From contig NC_043000.1 of the NCBI RefSeq assembly GCF_006345805.1, positions 145,452,001-145,516,000 on the forward strand: DNA of 64,000 bases, in the 5' to 3' direction. Positions 34,532-48,096 of the stretch are shown here, in pieces. The notes below the pieces were generated by a model, which was not told the origin of the DNA, made no database searches, and was given only the letters and a program-made list of their open reading frames with translations. Numbering within the stretch: position 1 is the first letter of the stretch; every line of letters begins with the position of its first letter. The DNA comes from Octopus sinensis. Its lineage: Eukaryota. Both the position numbers and the translations under genes were made by a program.

Positions 34532-37500
34532 CACTTAAAATCCTTAAATCCATAAAAATGTTTTAGCCCGAAGGCCGCGGCCATGCTGGGGCACCACCGC
34601 TGAATGAGCTACACTAATATGTGAATCCACCTCTGATACGTGGCACTTGATCAACAAGGGAGTTCGATGCAGCTGCTCGCATGTATGTCTCCTGTCGTGG
34701 GGTAGGTTCATCTGGAACTCCCGACAAGAAGAGATCCAGTTTAGTTTTAAAGAAACCCACATCCACACATGTAAGTCTCTCAGGCATTTAGGGAGGATGT
34801 TAAACAGCCGTGGTCCTCTGAAACCCAAGCTGTTGCAGTATCTGGTCCTGTATTTTGATGGTGATGTTGGAATCTTTGGCACCATGCAGTGGCGCCCCGT
34901 TCTGCGGTTGGGGTAACTTTAAATGCCAAAGTTTGGGACAAGACCCTCCAGGATTTTCCAGATGTATATTACCGCATATTTCTCCCGCCTCAGCTCTAGG
35001 GAGAAGAGGTTTAATACTTTCAGTCTTTCCCAGTAGCTGATATTTTGCATTGAGACGATTTTCTTTGTGTAGCTTCTCTGAATTGCTTCGAGTTCTGCTG
35101 TTAGTTTTATATTGTGTGGTGACCATAGTTAGGGGCAGTAGTCCAAGCGGCTGAGGACGAATGTTTTCCAGAGGATCATCAGTGTCTCCTTCTCTCTTGT
35201 TCTGAAAGGTCGGAGAATCCATCCAGCTAGCCGTCTGCATTTTATCATCAGATTAGTAATATGCACTTGGAAAGATGAATTCATTGCTCATGTCAATGCC
35301 CAGGTCACGCACTGATTTTGACTCAGGGATTGCAATTCTTCCTGGGCCAGTGTATCCAGTCTGCACGCCGTTTACCTTTGTGTGCCGGTAGCGCAGGGCC
35401 TGGAACCTACCTGCATTAAACTGCATGTTGTTGTCCTCAGCCCACCTGTATATTTTATCCAACTCCTGTTGCAGATGCGCAATATTTTCAGGGTTTTGTA
35501 TAGTGTGGGAGACTTTTGTGTCATCTGCATAGCTAGCAAGGGTGGCCATCGTAGCAACTGAAGGCATGTCTGAAAGGGCCACTATGAACAGCAGTGGCCC
35601 CAAGACAGTGCCCTTTGGAACACCGCTTGTTATTTATGTTTCCTTGGAGGTGGCTCCATTGCTCACAACTGCCTGTCTTCTGTCTTTTAGGAAGTTGTGC
35701 AGCCACTCTCCAAGTTTTCCGCCTATGCCGAGACCATGCAGTTTGTGACAGATCATACCATGGTCGACTTTATCAAAAGCTTTGGCAAAATCGAGATATA
35801 TTATATCCACATTTGAGCCATTTAGTAGCTGTTTTAACACCCAGTCATAGTGTTGCAGGAGCTGTGTTAGGCAGCTTCTACCTGGTCAAAATCCATGCTG
35901 GGTGTCAGACAGCAAGTCATTTTCTTCAAGGAACATGATTAGTTTCTTGCGGACTATTCGTTCCATGACTTTGCTGATGTGTGAGGACAGAGAGATAGGC
36001 CTATAATTTTTAGCATCTGCTCTGCTACCTCCCTTATGGATAGGGCATATTACCCCCTCTTTCAATTTGACTGGGAGCTTACCACTTACAAGAAAGCTCT
36101 GAAAAAGAAGCTGTAGCGATTTTGCAAGGGCTCGTTTGCACGATTTGAGAAGGATCGCTGGAAATCCATCAGGTCCAGCAGCTGAGTGTGTGTCAATCTC
36201 ATCTATGGCTAGTGTGATATCATCATCTTCAATGTTGATGCACTCAATTTGTGCCTCTTTGGCCGCAGGTAAAGTGGCAAAGAATTCTTATGGGTTGTTT
36301 ACTTGCCTGTGTCCCAGAGGTATAGTGAACACACTTTGGAATTTTTAGTTCAGTATTTCACTTATCCTCGTGGGATTTCCTGTTAGAGAGCCATCTTTTT
36401 GGAAGAGAGGTCCTATTCTCTGGTGCACTGTGGCTGTCTCTTTGGCAAACTTAAAGAAAGCTTTAGGGTTTGATTTTATATTTTCTATTACGCAAACTTC
36501 TTTATCTGCTCTCTCCTTTTCATGGGATTGATGCAGACATTTCTCAATTTACATTAGCATTCTTTCGAGCCGAGACTTCTCACCACTTTTGGAGTGCTTG
36601 CTCAGGCGGTTCGCAATCCTTGTCCGTCGTCTCATAAGAATTCTCCTTTCTCTAGGGATCCTGTTTTTGGTTTTGTGTGTGTTGGCCCTGTACACTGGGA
36701 CATATTTGTCACATATGGCTTGTATTATGGACATGAAGTGTATTTAGGCCAATCCTGTTTGAGGATATCTTTCTCAATCAACTTCTAGTATGCTTTATGA
36801 AAGTTTAAGTTGGAGAGATGGTAGGTGCTTCGTATAGGCTGTGTGTCTACGGGGGCTTTTGGTCCATAGATAGACGGCTCTATTATGTTGTGATCCGAGA
36901 TCATTGTCGGCATCACTTTAACATTATGGATAATATCCATATTGTTTGTGAAGCAGAGATCCAGTATACTATATGCCCTTGTTGGTTGCAGAACTATTTG
37001 CTCAATGAAGGAGGCATTTGTGAGATGGAGCAGGGACTCTGCTTGTGCCTGCTGATGGTGTGTCATCCCTGAGAGCATCTGCCCCCCAGGCCATTCCACA
37101 TTGGGGAAGTTAAAGTCACCTATGAAGAATACACTGTTGTGTTGTTGAAGGTTGGTGAGGACTTCTATTTTTGTTAGGCAGTCTTCAAACATGCCTGGGT
37201 GATTTGGGACATCTGGTGGGCGATATGTAGTGCATATGACGATATTCAGTTGTCTTGTGTGTACAATTTGAGTGTCATACACTACACTGAGTTTGAATAT
37301 GACAACAGGACCTGGGGCGTGAGGTCATCTCGGATGTACATTGCAACTCCCCCACGGCTCCTCCCTTTTCTATCTGAGCGTATGACTGCATATTGTGTAT
37401 TTCTGCATCCCCTATATCGGGTTCAAGATGCGTTTCTGTGAGCGCCCTGCATATAGCTTGATTGCATGTCACAAGGTCTCTCAGGAATGATATTTTCCTT

Positions 37501-38081
37501 TTACAGTTGCCGCGCAGCAGCCCTCCTACGTTCAGTAGAAATATTTTTGTGGTGTGTGTGTTGATGTTGGTGTCAGTGGTGGCCATCTTGCATCTGTTGG
37601 TGGTGGCCTTATGTGGTGGTAGTTCCAGCTTTGTGCTTGTAGCCATGTCAGCTGCTGAACAATTTTTTGTGCCATGCACAAAAAAGATTGCTCTTCAGCT
37701 GCTGCCCTTCACACATCTGGGTGAAGCTGGCCATTTGTTGGGTTACCGCGCACCACATCCGCATATCGTCTTTCAGTGGTCCGTGCACTATTTTTCCTTC
37801 TTTTACATTTTTCTTTTTCTTTATCTTTTTGTGCTCCCACAGGAGGGTTTTTTGTCTTGTGTCCGAGCGGTTTTGGTAGGGCTTCTGATGTGCAAAGCGA
37901 CAGTTCGCACCTTCGACGCCGTACCAGCAGTCCCCCTTCCGGTAGAATTTGCAGATGTTTCTGCCTTTTCCTTTATAGTTCTTACTGGGGTTCTTTTGTT
38001 TTTCCTGAACAGGGTTTGTTTTAGCTTTAATTTTCTTGTCTTTTACCTCCTGTTTCCCATAAATTTTAGGGTGTTTTTCTT
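34530..38081 (-). mobile_element. CR1/L2-type LINE (APE + RT), 5'-truncated in ORF1, with multiple frameshifts
   Basis: APE: FLLNVGGL, ALTETHL, IGDFNFP, LDLCF, SDHN. RT: YRPIS, YLDFAKAFDKVDH, GPLLF, YADDTKV. Tail GGTGCCCCAGCATGGCCGC-hairpin-(GATTT[T]AAG)n. (TA)n on both sides. Confidence 0.9.
37888..37953 (-). other. CCCH zinc-finger coding motif in the LINE ORF1 remnant
   Basis: Manual minus-strand translation: CKFYRKGDCWYGVEGANCRFAH (C-x7-C-x8-C-x3-H), after a Lys-rich stretch. Confidence 0.75.
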
Positions 38082-38643
38082 TATATATATATATAGAAAC
38101 AAATTTAACTGCAGTTCTTCCTATAAAGATTGCTAATACCTCCCTATCGCTTTCACCTTCATAAATTACATCATACTAACTTTACAACTTGATTTCCTTC
38201 CACGTCACTTGGTTTCCTTGTAGAATGTGATAAAATCCCGGATATTCACTCCCTACGTAACATACCACATTGCTCAATCAATTCTCTCTTTTCCTTCACG
38301 TCTTTCTACGATGGAACACCAGCCTCCATACATTTTATTTGCAAAAGACTACTCTCCTAAACGTTGATTGTATCTTATATGCGGCAGCTGTACTCAGTGT
38401 ATTAATTCTCTCTTTTTAATAGCATCTCTACAATTTGATTCATTATATGTTTGCCTATACTGTAGATGAATCTATATAATAGTGCTCTGTACAGATTTAC
38501 GAGTATACACACACACACACATCATCACACACACATACATACATATATACATATATACATGTCATATATATCTGTATGCATGTATGGAGGTATGTATGTG
38601 CTGATAGGTAAATAGATGGCTAGATAGATAGCGAAAGAGGGTG

Positions 38644-38900
<257 letters not shown>

Positions 38901-39330
38901 ATAGGCAGTATGTGTGTGCGTCTGTTTGTGAAAGTACGTCACATAATCGTGTGTGACTGGGGGTTATATCTCATGCATTCTCTAATTCCATAAGGTGCCA
39001 ATGTAGTAGCTATTAGAAGCACTCTCTCTTCTCATATCTGACGCAAGAAGTGTAACAAAAGGAAAATGTGACCCCTAGGGGGTCTGGAGAGCTACTTTAG
39101 CCCAGACATGCTACATTTTTAGCATCTCCAAAATTGAGAGGCAAAATTAGCTTCAGTATTGATCGGAACTCAAGTTTCAGATAGACAAAGGAATTACAGA
39201 ACGTATTACATCACATAATCCAGCGATTTTACCAAATGACCACGTTACAGACACACACGTTTATGCATGTGCGCTGGCACACAGGCACATGCATAAACGT
39301 ACACGCATATACACGTGCGCACATACATGT

Positions 39331-39725
39331 ATGCTAACCAACCACATGGTTCCGGGTTCAGTCCCACTGCGTGGCATCTTGGGCAAGTGTCTTCTGCTAT
39401 AGCCCCGGGTCGACCAATGCTTTGTGAGTGAATTTGGTAGACGGAAACTGAAAGAAGCCTGTCGTATATATGTATATATATATATATATATATGTATGTG
39501 TTTGTGTGTCTGTCTTTGTCCCCATAGCATTGCTTAACAACCGATGCTGGTGTGTTTACGTCCCCGTCACTTAGCAGTTCGGCAAAAAATAGACCGATAG
39601 AATAAGTACTGGGCTTACAAAGAATAAGTCCCGGGGTCGATTTGCTCGACTAAAGGCGGTACTCCAGCATGGGCGCAGTCAAATGACTGAATAAGTAAAA
39701 GAGTTAAAGAGTAAAGAGTAAGAGT
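39331..39725 (+). mobile_element. SINE-A missing the first ~25 bp
   Basis: Matches SINE-A from GCTAACCAACCACATGG to the AAAGAGT tail. Confidence 0.9.
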
Positions 39726-39735
39726 ATATATATAT

Positions 39736-39781
<46 letters not shown>

Positions 39782-41159
39782 ATATATATATATCTTCGTA
39801 TATATATTCTGCATATGTTGTGAGTCCTTTCCCAGAGTTAATGTTCACAGTTTTTTTTTGCATTTGAAAACATTCAAATTATACATGTGAATGTTTGTGT
39901 CTGCATCTGTACATATATACATATGTGTGTATGTGTATGTGTGTGTGTGTGTTACTATGTACGCGCATGTGTGTATGCTTACATGTACATATGCATTAAC
40001 ATATAAATATACGCATATTATAGATACGTATGTATGTGTATATATGCATTCATATGTGTGTCTGAATTTATGTATGTATGTATGTATGTATGTATGTAGG
40101 TATGTATGTATGTGAACCTTGTATGTATGGATGAATGTATGTATAAGTACATGTAAGTATATTTGAATGCATAAAGATTAACCGACACATATGCGTCAAT
40201 TTATTTCTTTTTCTTTCCCTAATTCGTAAATAATACAATTTTTACAATACGTATGCCTATTTTTGTTGTTGCTTCCTACACTTTTTTTTTAAACACAAAG
40301 AAAGAATAAGCAACAATATAAGATATACGATGCACTGAACAAAGAAAAGAAAAAATGCACAAAAAACTAACCAAAGAGTATGCTCATTAAAGAAAACATT
40401 TCTCTCTGTCAATATATTAGAAGTAAAAAATTAAATAATATCAATATCACCGTTATTGTATTTTTTATCAAGTAGATATTTTTTTCAGAACGTATTATTA
40501 TTTCGATATTCCAGTATTTTCCTAAGTATATTCATAACAGCCCTTTCTGCATGATTATTTATTTAAGCAGCTAATATTAATGCATTAAATAAATCGATAC
40601 TGTTTTCCTTCTCTTTTTTATTATTCTTTTCATTTTAGAAATATTGCTTTATTTAATATTTCTATAGTTGAATTCCGTAGGTCAACTGTTTTCAACGCAT
40701 GTGTAGCGTGGGTTGAGACTTATAGATTTTTAAGCTGTTCATTATTTATAACATTCTATAGTAACCATTGAGGATCCTCACTGCTTAATTACACTTACGT
40801 GGGTGTAATAAAAGCCATTTTTTATGTTAGTTAATTGCACTGACAATTTTCGAGTACATGCAGGTGGAATTTTGAATGTATCGTTCTAGTACTTTTAATT
40901 AAATTGATATTTACATATATTTCAGATATCTAACGCGTGAATTATCTTCATAAATGTGAGAATATAATTCTTTTGAATCTTAGCATAATTTCTCCACTAT
41001 AATAACAATTGAATACTGCCATTTCATACATATTCTGTGTTCCAGAGGCACTGAACAATCAGGAGTATATGATAAATTGCATTGTAACACTAAGTAGCGC
41101 ATCTTTTTCGATGTCATGGAGTCTATGTTGTATATCATTTCAATTTTACTATGCATATT

Positions 41160-41372
41160 ATTTTACTCTCTTTTACTTGTTTCAGTCATTTGAGTGTGGC
41201 CATGCTGAAGCACCGCCTTTAGTCGAGCAAATCGACCCCAGGACTTATTCTTTGTAAGCCTAGTACAAGTAAGCAAAAGAGACCGATAGAATCTATCGGT
41301 ATCTTTTGCCGATCCGCTTAAACACACCAGCATCAGTTCTCAAGCGATGTTGGGGAGACAAATACAGACACA

Positions 41373-41424
<52 letters not shown>

Positions 41425-41595
41425 CATACATACATACGACGGGCTTCTTTCAGTTTCCGTCTACCAAATCCACTCACAAAGCTTTGGTCGGCCCGATGCT
41501 ATAGTAGAAGACACTTGCCCATGGTGACACGTAATGGGAACTGAACCCGGAACCATGTGGTTGGTAAGCAAGGTACTTACCACACAGCCACTACT
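41160..41595 (-). mobile_element. SINE-A with internal rearrangement
   Basis: Reverse complement of SINE-A head, core and tail, with a short anomalous segment at ~41265-41290. Confidence 0.88.
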
Positions 41596-42106
41596 ACGCC
41601 TACATGCATAATATAATTTCAGAAATATTTGGTTGTTATTTTTGTCAATTCAAGTGATTACCTACCAAACCTATGTTGTCGCTTCTCTCCAGTTATGGGT
41701 GTAGGCTAGAAAACTATCTGAATTCTAATAACTATCAGACGTAATTATATCTTCATAGCCGTTCTATATCCTGGAGAAGTTGTAAACCGTATTTAAAGAA
41801 TCTTTAAGAATTTCAATTAAAGTTTTTGAATCATCTTGGTCGAGGAATATTTCCCACCTGATTCTATGTATGTGGATAATATTTGATTATGTAGACAAGT
41901 AGTAATCTCAATTCTGATTACAGGCCTGGAATTTATTGCAAAACAAGAGAATACGTGCTGCACAGTTCGTTTCACGGTACATCTTACACCTACGCTTATA
42001 GTTGATATTAATATTAATATGTCAATTTGTTCTTTTTGTACATACATGTCATGTGTGTCACACTTACTTCAAAGAAGTGAGTTGCAAAGAGAGAGAGAGG
42101 AGGACA

Positions 42107-42262
42107 GAGAGGAAGTAAGAGAGAACGAGAGAAAGAGAGAGTGAGAGAGAGACAGACTGTGAGAGACAGAATGAAAGAGACATCGAACGATGACGACGTT
42201 CGTTTTGTGTCTTTTGATGTTTCGGAGAGGAAGTAAGAGAGAAAGAGAGAGGGAAAGAATGC

Positions 42263-42303
<41 letters not shown>

Positions 42304-42467
42304 TGAAAGGGACCGTGTGTGGTGACGGCGTTCGCTTTGTGCTTTTAAATATTTCAGAGAGGAAGTAAGAGAGAAAGAGAGGGAGTGCGAGAGAGTGAGA
42401 GAGAAAGAGAAAGAGAGCGAAAGAGACAGTGAGTGGTGACGCCGTTCGTTTTGTGTCTCTAAACGTT
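42107..42467 (+). repeat. Three-unit GA-rich minisatellite (~110-133 bp units)
   Basis: Each unit starts GAGAGGAAGTAAGAGAG and ends (G/A)TGACGNCGTTCGYTTTGTGYYT. Confidence 0.8.
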
Positions 42468-42611
42468 TATCCTATCGCAAGTAAAGCAGATACATAGATC
42501 CCAAAAAAAGTTGATACATTGATGCATACACACATTGTTAAATTAACAGCGGGAGAGAGGAGGAACACGGAGGATGTGAAAGAGAAAGCGAGTAAGTCAG
42601 GGAGACAGTAG

Positions 42612-43085
42612 ATTAACGCGCATGGCTGAGTACTCCACAGAATGCATGCCATAAGGTAGTTCACAGGGAGTTTCAGCCTCACACAGAGTGTGACCAGCCT
42701 GGCCCCTTTGAATTACAGCTACAACTCACTTTTGCCAGCTGAATGGACTACAGCAAGGTGAAATAGAATACCTATTTCTTTACTACCCACAAGGGGCTAA
42801 ACGCAGAGAAGACAAACGAATTAAGTCGATTATGACGACCCAGTGCGTAACTAGTACTTATTTAATCGACCCCGAAAGGATGAAAGGCAAAGTCGACCTC
42901 GGCGGAATTTGAACTCAGAATGTAACCGCAGACGAAATGCCACTAAGCATTTCGCCCGGCGTGCTAATATTTGGCCAGCTCGCCGCCTTAAATAGAATAC
43001 CATGCCCCAAAACAGCGCACCGCAGGGATTCGTACTAATGACTTTACGATCGTGTGGCAAATACCCCTAACGACTGCGCCGCACA
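42612..43085 (-). mobile_element. SINE-C interrupted by a SINE-B
   Basis: SINE-C tail/core (cacagagtgtgac..ggccc..tttgaattacag) left of 42772; head (tacgatcgtg..cctaacgactg) right of 42990. Confidence 0.75.
42773..42989 (-). mobile_element. SINE-B with 12-bp TSD
   Basis: TSD AAATAGAATACC at 42761-42772 and 42990-43001. Confidence 0.9.
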
Positions 43086-43601
43086 CTTTCACTCGCTTGA
43101 CCGTAGACAAAAGGAGTGAAGCGACAGAGTCAGAGAAAGGATAGCCACGGTCATTTACAATGACTGAATGAAATACGATCGATCTTTTCTAGCTTTTTTA
43201 CATTTAACAATGAAGAACAAGAAATGACATTTAGTGATGAATAGAGGTAAAGACTTTCAGGTGTTTACGTTTTCATTCTGAGATTTCTAGACTGATCGAA
43301 TGTTAGTTCTCTCTTCTTTCCCCCACCTCCAGTACTTACATGTTTTCATAGTTCTTCAAGTCTTTTAGATGGGGTGCGGAGACCTTATTTGTTTTTAAGG
43401 CACGTTTAAACTTTTCTCTACAAACTACGAAACAGCCCCTTCTCTTCCTTTTTGTTTTCATAGAAAAACTTATGCAAATTTCGAACGGAGTATTGCTGGG
43501 AAAAGAACCCAGAAAAATGGGTAATGCCCCCCTACAAAATGGGTGGGGGAGAAAAGTTGCCAACTGGTAGCCTCACGAAATAAAACATTATACTTTAAAG
43601 A

Positions 43602-43840
43602 GTGTCTTCTACTATAGCCTCGGGCCGTCCACAACCTCGTCAGTGAATTTGGTAGATATAAACTGAAAGAAGTCCGCCATATATATATATATATATATAT
43701 GCGGTTCGGCAGAAGACGCTGAAAGAATAAACACCAGGCTTACAGCAAATAAGTCCAAGGGTCGAGTTTTTCTACTAAAGAGCGGTGCTCCAGCATGACC
43801 ACCGTCAAAAGACTGAAGCAGGTAAAAGAATAAAAGAATA
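43602..43840 (+). mobile_element. Decayed, deleted SINE-A-like copy
   Basis: gtgtcttctactatagcc..aactgaaagaag..gcggttcggc..gcggtgctccagcatg..(AAAAGAAT)n. Confidence 0.75.
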
Positions 43841-44872
43841 CCAGAAGAACATTCCGTACCACTAAACCAAGAAGGTTCTTTGAATATGTACGATATTATT
43901 TTAAGGCTAAGCAGAAATTCTGTTTACGTTTGCATAGCAGATATTTTGCTCGGATTATATAGTTATCGGTTTTACACGTCTGTCTATATTATGCAACTGT
44001 CACAATATAGAAACATTTCTCATGGCAACAGCACATAATTTACAGATGCTTGCATTTTTTATATTTTCCGCGAATTTTTTCACGGCTCCAGCAAGTATTC
44101 AATTAATACCGTTACAAACCTCTGGACACAATTTTAGATAATATACAACTATGAGTTCTTTTTCGAGTCTCTTTTCTTACGTTACATGCTTACAGCGCAA
44201 TTATTTGTACAGATGATAATTATGAATTTTTAAATGTTTTTAATTCTCGTAAGATTTTCATATATGCGTCTACCTGGATGACAAAATATTGTGCTGGCCC
44301 ATTGTAGCTGAAACTCATTACATAAACATACTATGGTCTGCAAAATAATTTACACATTACGTAATTTATCATTCAGTAAAGTAGGTAGTTCTTCAGTCTG
44401 AATGGATATTTAGCAATGTTCAACAGCTTGTTATGTGTGCGTCTGGATGTAGACGCGAATGGACGTTTGCTTTTTGACATAATGTGCATGGCTGAGAGGT
44501 AAAAGAAAAGACCGTATGTATATATATGTTACATAAACAACAAATTAATGACTCCTCTGTCAGAAACTTGCGATGAACACTTCCCATCATGCGAAAAGGG
44601 AAAATTCACAATCTTCCCCACCTTTAAGTTATGGTCAGACAACGAATATTTCCGGAAATATAAATAAACGAGTAAAAGAATGCGTACGTATGTTTGTGTG
44701 TGTACGTGTGTATGTGCGTTTGAGTGTGTATGTGTGTATGTGCGTGTTTGCATGTGTGACTGTGTCTGTGCGTTTGTGTATGCATGTATGCATGTATATA
44801 TACATATGCGCGTATGTATATTTGTATGTATATATGTGTGTAGAAATAGGAATACAAACCCTTAATTATATT

Positions 44873-44923
<51 letters not shown>

Positions 44924-45501
44924 ACGGCACAATGTAAATGCCAAACAACTTATCACCAGAGTGGCTATCATCCTCTGACTTTCAAAGATTGGTGTTGCTG
45001 TGCATGGCATAGTTAAAACGCCCTAGAATTTCTACATGTGCAAATCGAAAATAATTATCCACATTATATTACATTTCCTGTACAAGAGACGATTTTGTGT
45101 AAACTAATTTTTTATGGTTATATAATATTATATATTTTCATTAAATGTATTTACGGCATTTATAAAGTCTGAAAGACTGGCGCCATATAAATAACTACTG
45201 TTTACACATTGTCGTTATACATCATAACTTTTAACTCTAGCAACACTATAGATTTTATGAATTCATAATTAAAAACTGGAGCAATTGATTGAGAAATATG
45301 AATTTTATGTTTTCTAGAAAGTGATTATTTAATGTTTGTTATTCCTAATTTCAATTTTCTTAAATAATACATGGCTGCTTGTAGGCAGCTGACTTTTTCT
45401 AAACCTCACCACGAGGGGGAAATGACTAACGTAAAACTTAGTAGACAATAGTATAATACTTTTATATCTGAAAAAAATATTTTAGTATGTAAATTTCGCC
45501 T

Positions 45502-45731
45502 GGCGAGCTGGCAGAAACGTTAGCGCGCCGGACGAAATGCTTAGCGGTATTTCGTCTGCGTTACGTTGTGAGTTCAAATTCCGCCGAGGTCGACTTTGCC
45601 TTTCATCCTTTCGGGGTCGATATATTAAGTACCAGTTACGCACTGGGGTCGATGTAATCGACTTAATACCTATGTCTGTCCTTGTTTGTCCCCTCTGTTT
45701 TTAGCCCCTTGTGGGTTATAAAGAAATAGGT
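45502..45731 (+). mobile_element. SINE-B, full length
   Basis: GGCGAGCTGGCAGAAACGTTAGC..AAATTCCGCCGAGGTCGACTTTGCC..CCCCTTGTGGG..AAAGAAATAGG. Confidence 0.92.
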
Positions 45732-46249
45732 ATTGACTTTTCTTATATTCCTTTCTATAGTATCATGTTTGGGTGAAATAGTCACTCGTATCGTGAGATA
45801 TATACAAACAGTATCTGCGATGTTCTTCGCATCGTACCAAATCACAAGCACGCAAAGTAGACCCTCATTTCTGCTGCATTTGTCGATAAACTGCTAATTG
45901 CTCTGCGGCTGTCATATTGCAGTTGCATAGTCTTTTGTTGTTGAATGTGTGATTCTAATACAATGTGGTACTCTTACTATATCGTGCGTCCCTTCTTCGA
46001 TGTCTTATTCCATTACGAGGAAATTATTTTTGCGTACAGACGCAATCTCTAATATGAGCCATTAGTAGACAAAATGTAGCTCAGCACTTTTATTCTCCAG
46101 ATCAATGGCTCAAGCGCCAGCTCATACGGAATACGTGATGGAGCAGATGTTTACGGAACGACCACTTGATTCAAAACTTCTGATTAATAAGAATAATTTT
46201 GTTCTCTTCCATATTCATGATCTCATGAGTTCAGTTCAATGAAGTGTTT

Positions 46250-46880
46250 AACAGAAGTGTCGACGTTTGTATATTTCATAGTTATGCACCGATATATTTA
46301 AAAGCATTTGCCGGTATTTGACCCAACACGAACTATATTATATAAATAGCATCTCAAATACGATCACAGTGGTAACGAGTTTTCAATATCCAGGTAATTA
46401 ATCGTAAAGGCAACTTTACCACACGTTACTCAATATTTCGTAAATCTTTGAATGGTTTGCAGCTTAGATCCTTCTATTATTCAATGTTGGTCAGTTATGG
46501 TTGATAGATTGTCATTTCATTACCGAGATTCATTTTATTACGTTGAACAATATTACTTCTTTCGCTTGTATGTAGCTAAACATGGGAAGTTGTATTATCC
46601 ACAACAGAAATATTTAAAGTATTGTTTCCAGCAGTCTATGGATGCAAAGAGTTGTACAATCTAGATACCATAGAAATATTCTCTATTAGATTTATGAAAC
46701 AAACAGAACTATTTGGAAAACCCAGATGAAAAAGCTTATACAATTGATGACGAATCTCTGGAGATAGAATAGCCTCATCAAAATTAAGAGATCAGTAAAC
46801 AGACAGCTGGCCGACATGTAAATCTGCAATCTTGAAATCTAATTAACAAGATAAAACGATGGCTTTATAATGGATCCTAT
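46250..46880 (+). pseudogene. Very decayed RTE-like LINE RT C-terminal remnant
   Basis: Broken frames VTSFQYPGN (cf. V..F.YLGS), IFKVLFPAVYGCKELY (cf. P.LLYGCE.W) and RQ.AxH-like. Confidence 0.4.
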
Positions 46881-47038
46881 GGTCATACTTATTGGTCAGG
46901 TTGAATTAACAACATAAAGGTTATATAGAAGCGTTAGTGTTTTGTACACACACACGCGCAAACACACACACATACACACATATAGACATATATATATATA
47001 TATGAATATGTATATACACACACACATACACACATATA

Positions 47039-47100
<62 letters not shown>

Positions 47101-47430
47101 TATGTATATACACACACACATACAGACACAAACAGATATATGTTTGTAAGTTTACACGTATGTGGAAATCTATGTAGGCAACGATATGTAAATATGCAAT
47201 TTTCGGAATCTCATTTTCTTGTTTAGTACTGCTGGTCAAATGTGAATCATTATGTAAATGTACATTTTTGATTAGAATATAAACTAAGTGATATAAAATT
47301 ACATTGCGTTTGAAGTAGAATTATGCATACATCCATCTCTGTCATCCTCCAGCACTGCCTTTCCCTGTACAGATATGTCTTAACATAGAGATAGAGAGAT
47401 AGCTAGATATACACACATATGTACATATAC

Positions 47431-47462
<32 letters not shown>

Positions 47463-47723
47463 ACATATATTTATATATATATATGCTTATATATTTATCT
47501 ATATCTCTCTATATGTGTGTGTGTGCGCGCGAGCGACTATGTGTGTCCGTGTATGCAGCTCTTGGTGGTCCAAATCGGATATGCAATCTATGTGGGTGAC
47601 TTTTTAAAACAGTGTCTGGTTTAAAAAGCCACATCAGATGCAATGGTGGTTCTAATGTATGGGTACAGGAAGTGGGCAAACTCCGCTTAAGCGCATAAGG
47701 AGTAGACAATCACCATGTATATG

Positions 47724-47763
<40 letters not shown>

Positions 47764-47765
<2 letters not shown>

Positions 47766-48070
47766 GAGGCGCAACGGCCTAGTGGTTAGGGCAGCGGACT
47801 CGCGGTCGTAGGATCGCGGTTTCGATTCCCAGACCGGGCGTTGTGAGTGTTTATCGAGCGAAATCACCTAAAAGCTCCACGAGGCTCCGGTAGGAGGTGG
47901 TGATCCCTGCTGTACCCTTCACAACTCTTTCTCCCACTCTTTCTTCTGATGGCCTGCTCGCGCTTAGCCAGCGGAGTGGCGTCATTCGAAGGCTAAAAAA
48001 AAATGCGAACGCATTGTGACCAGCGATGTGTAACTACATCTGATTTACTGGTCGGTTACGTGGTCACGTG
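47764..48070 (+). mobile_element. SINE-D head/body with an alternative 3' tail
   Basis: First ~175 bp match 22864-23040, then diverge into gcattgtgaccagcgatgtg..gtcacgtgat. Confidence 0.85.
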
Positions 48071-48096
48071 ATATATATATATAGATATATATTTCG

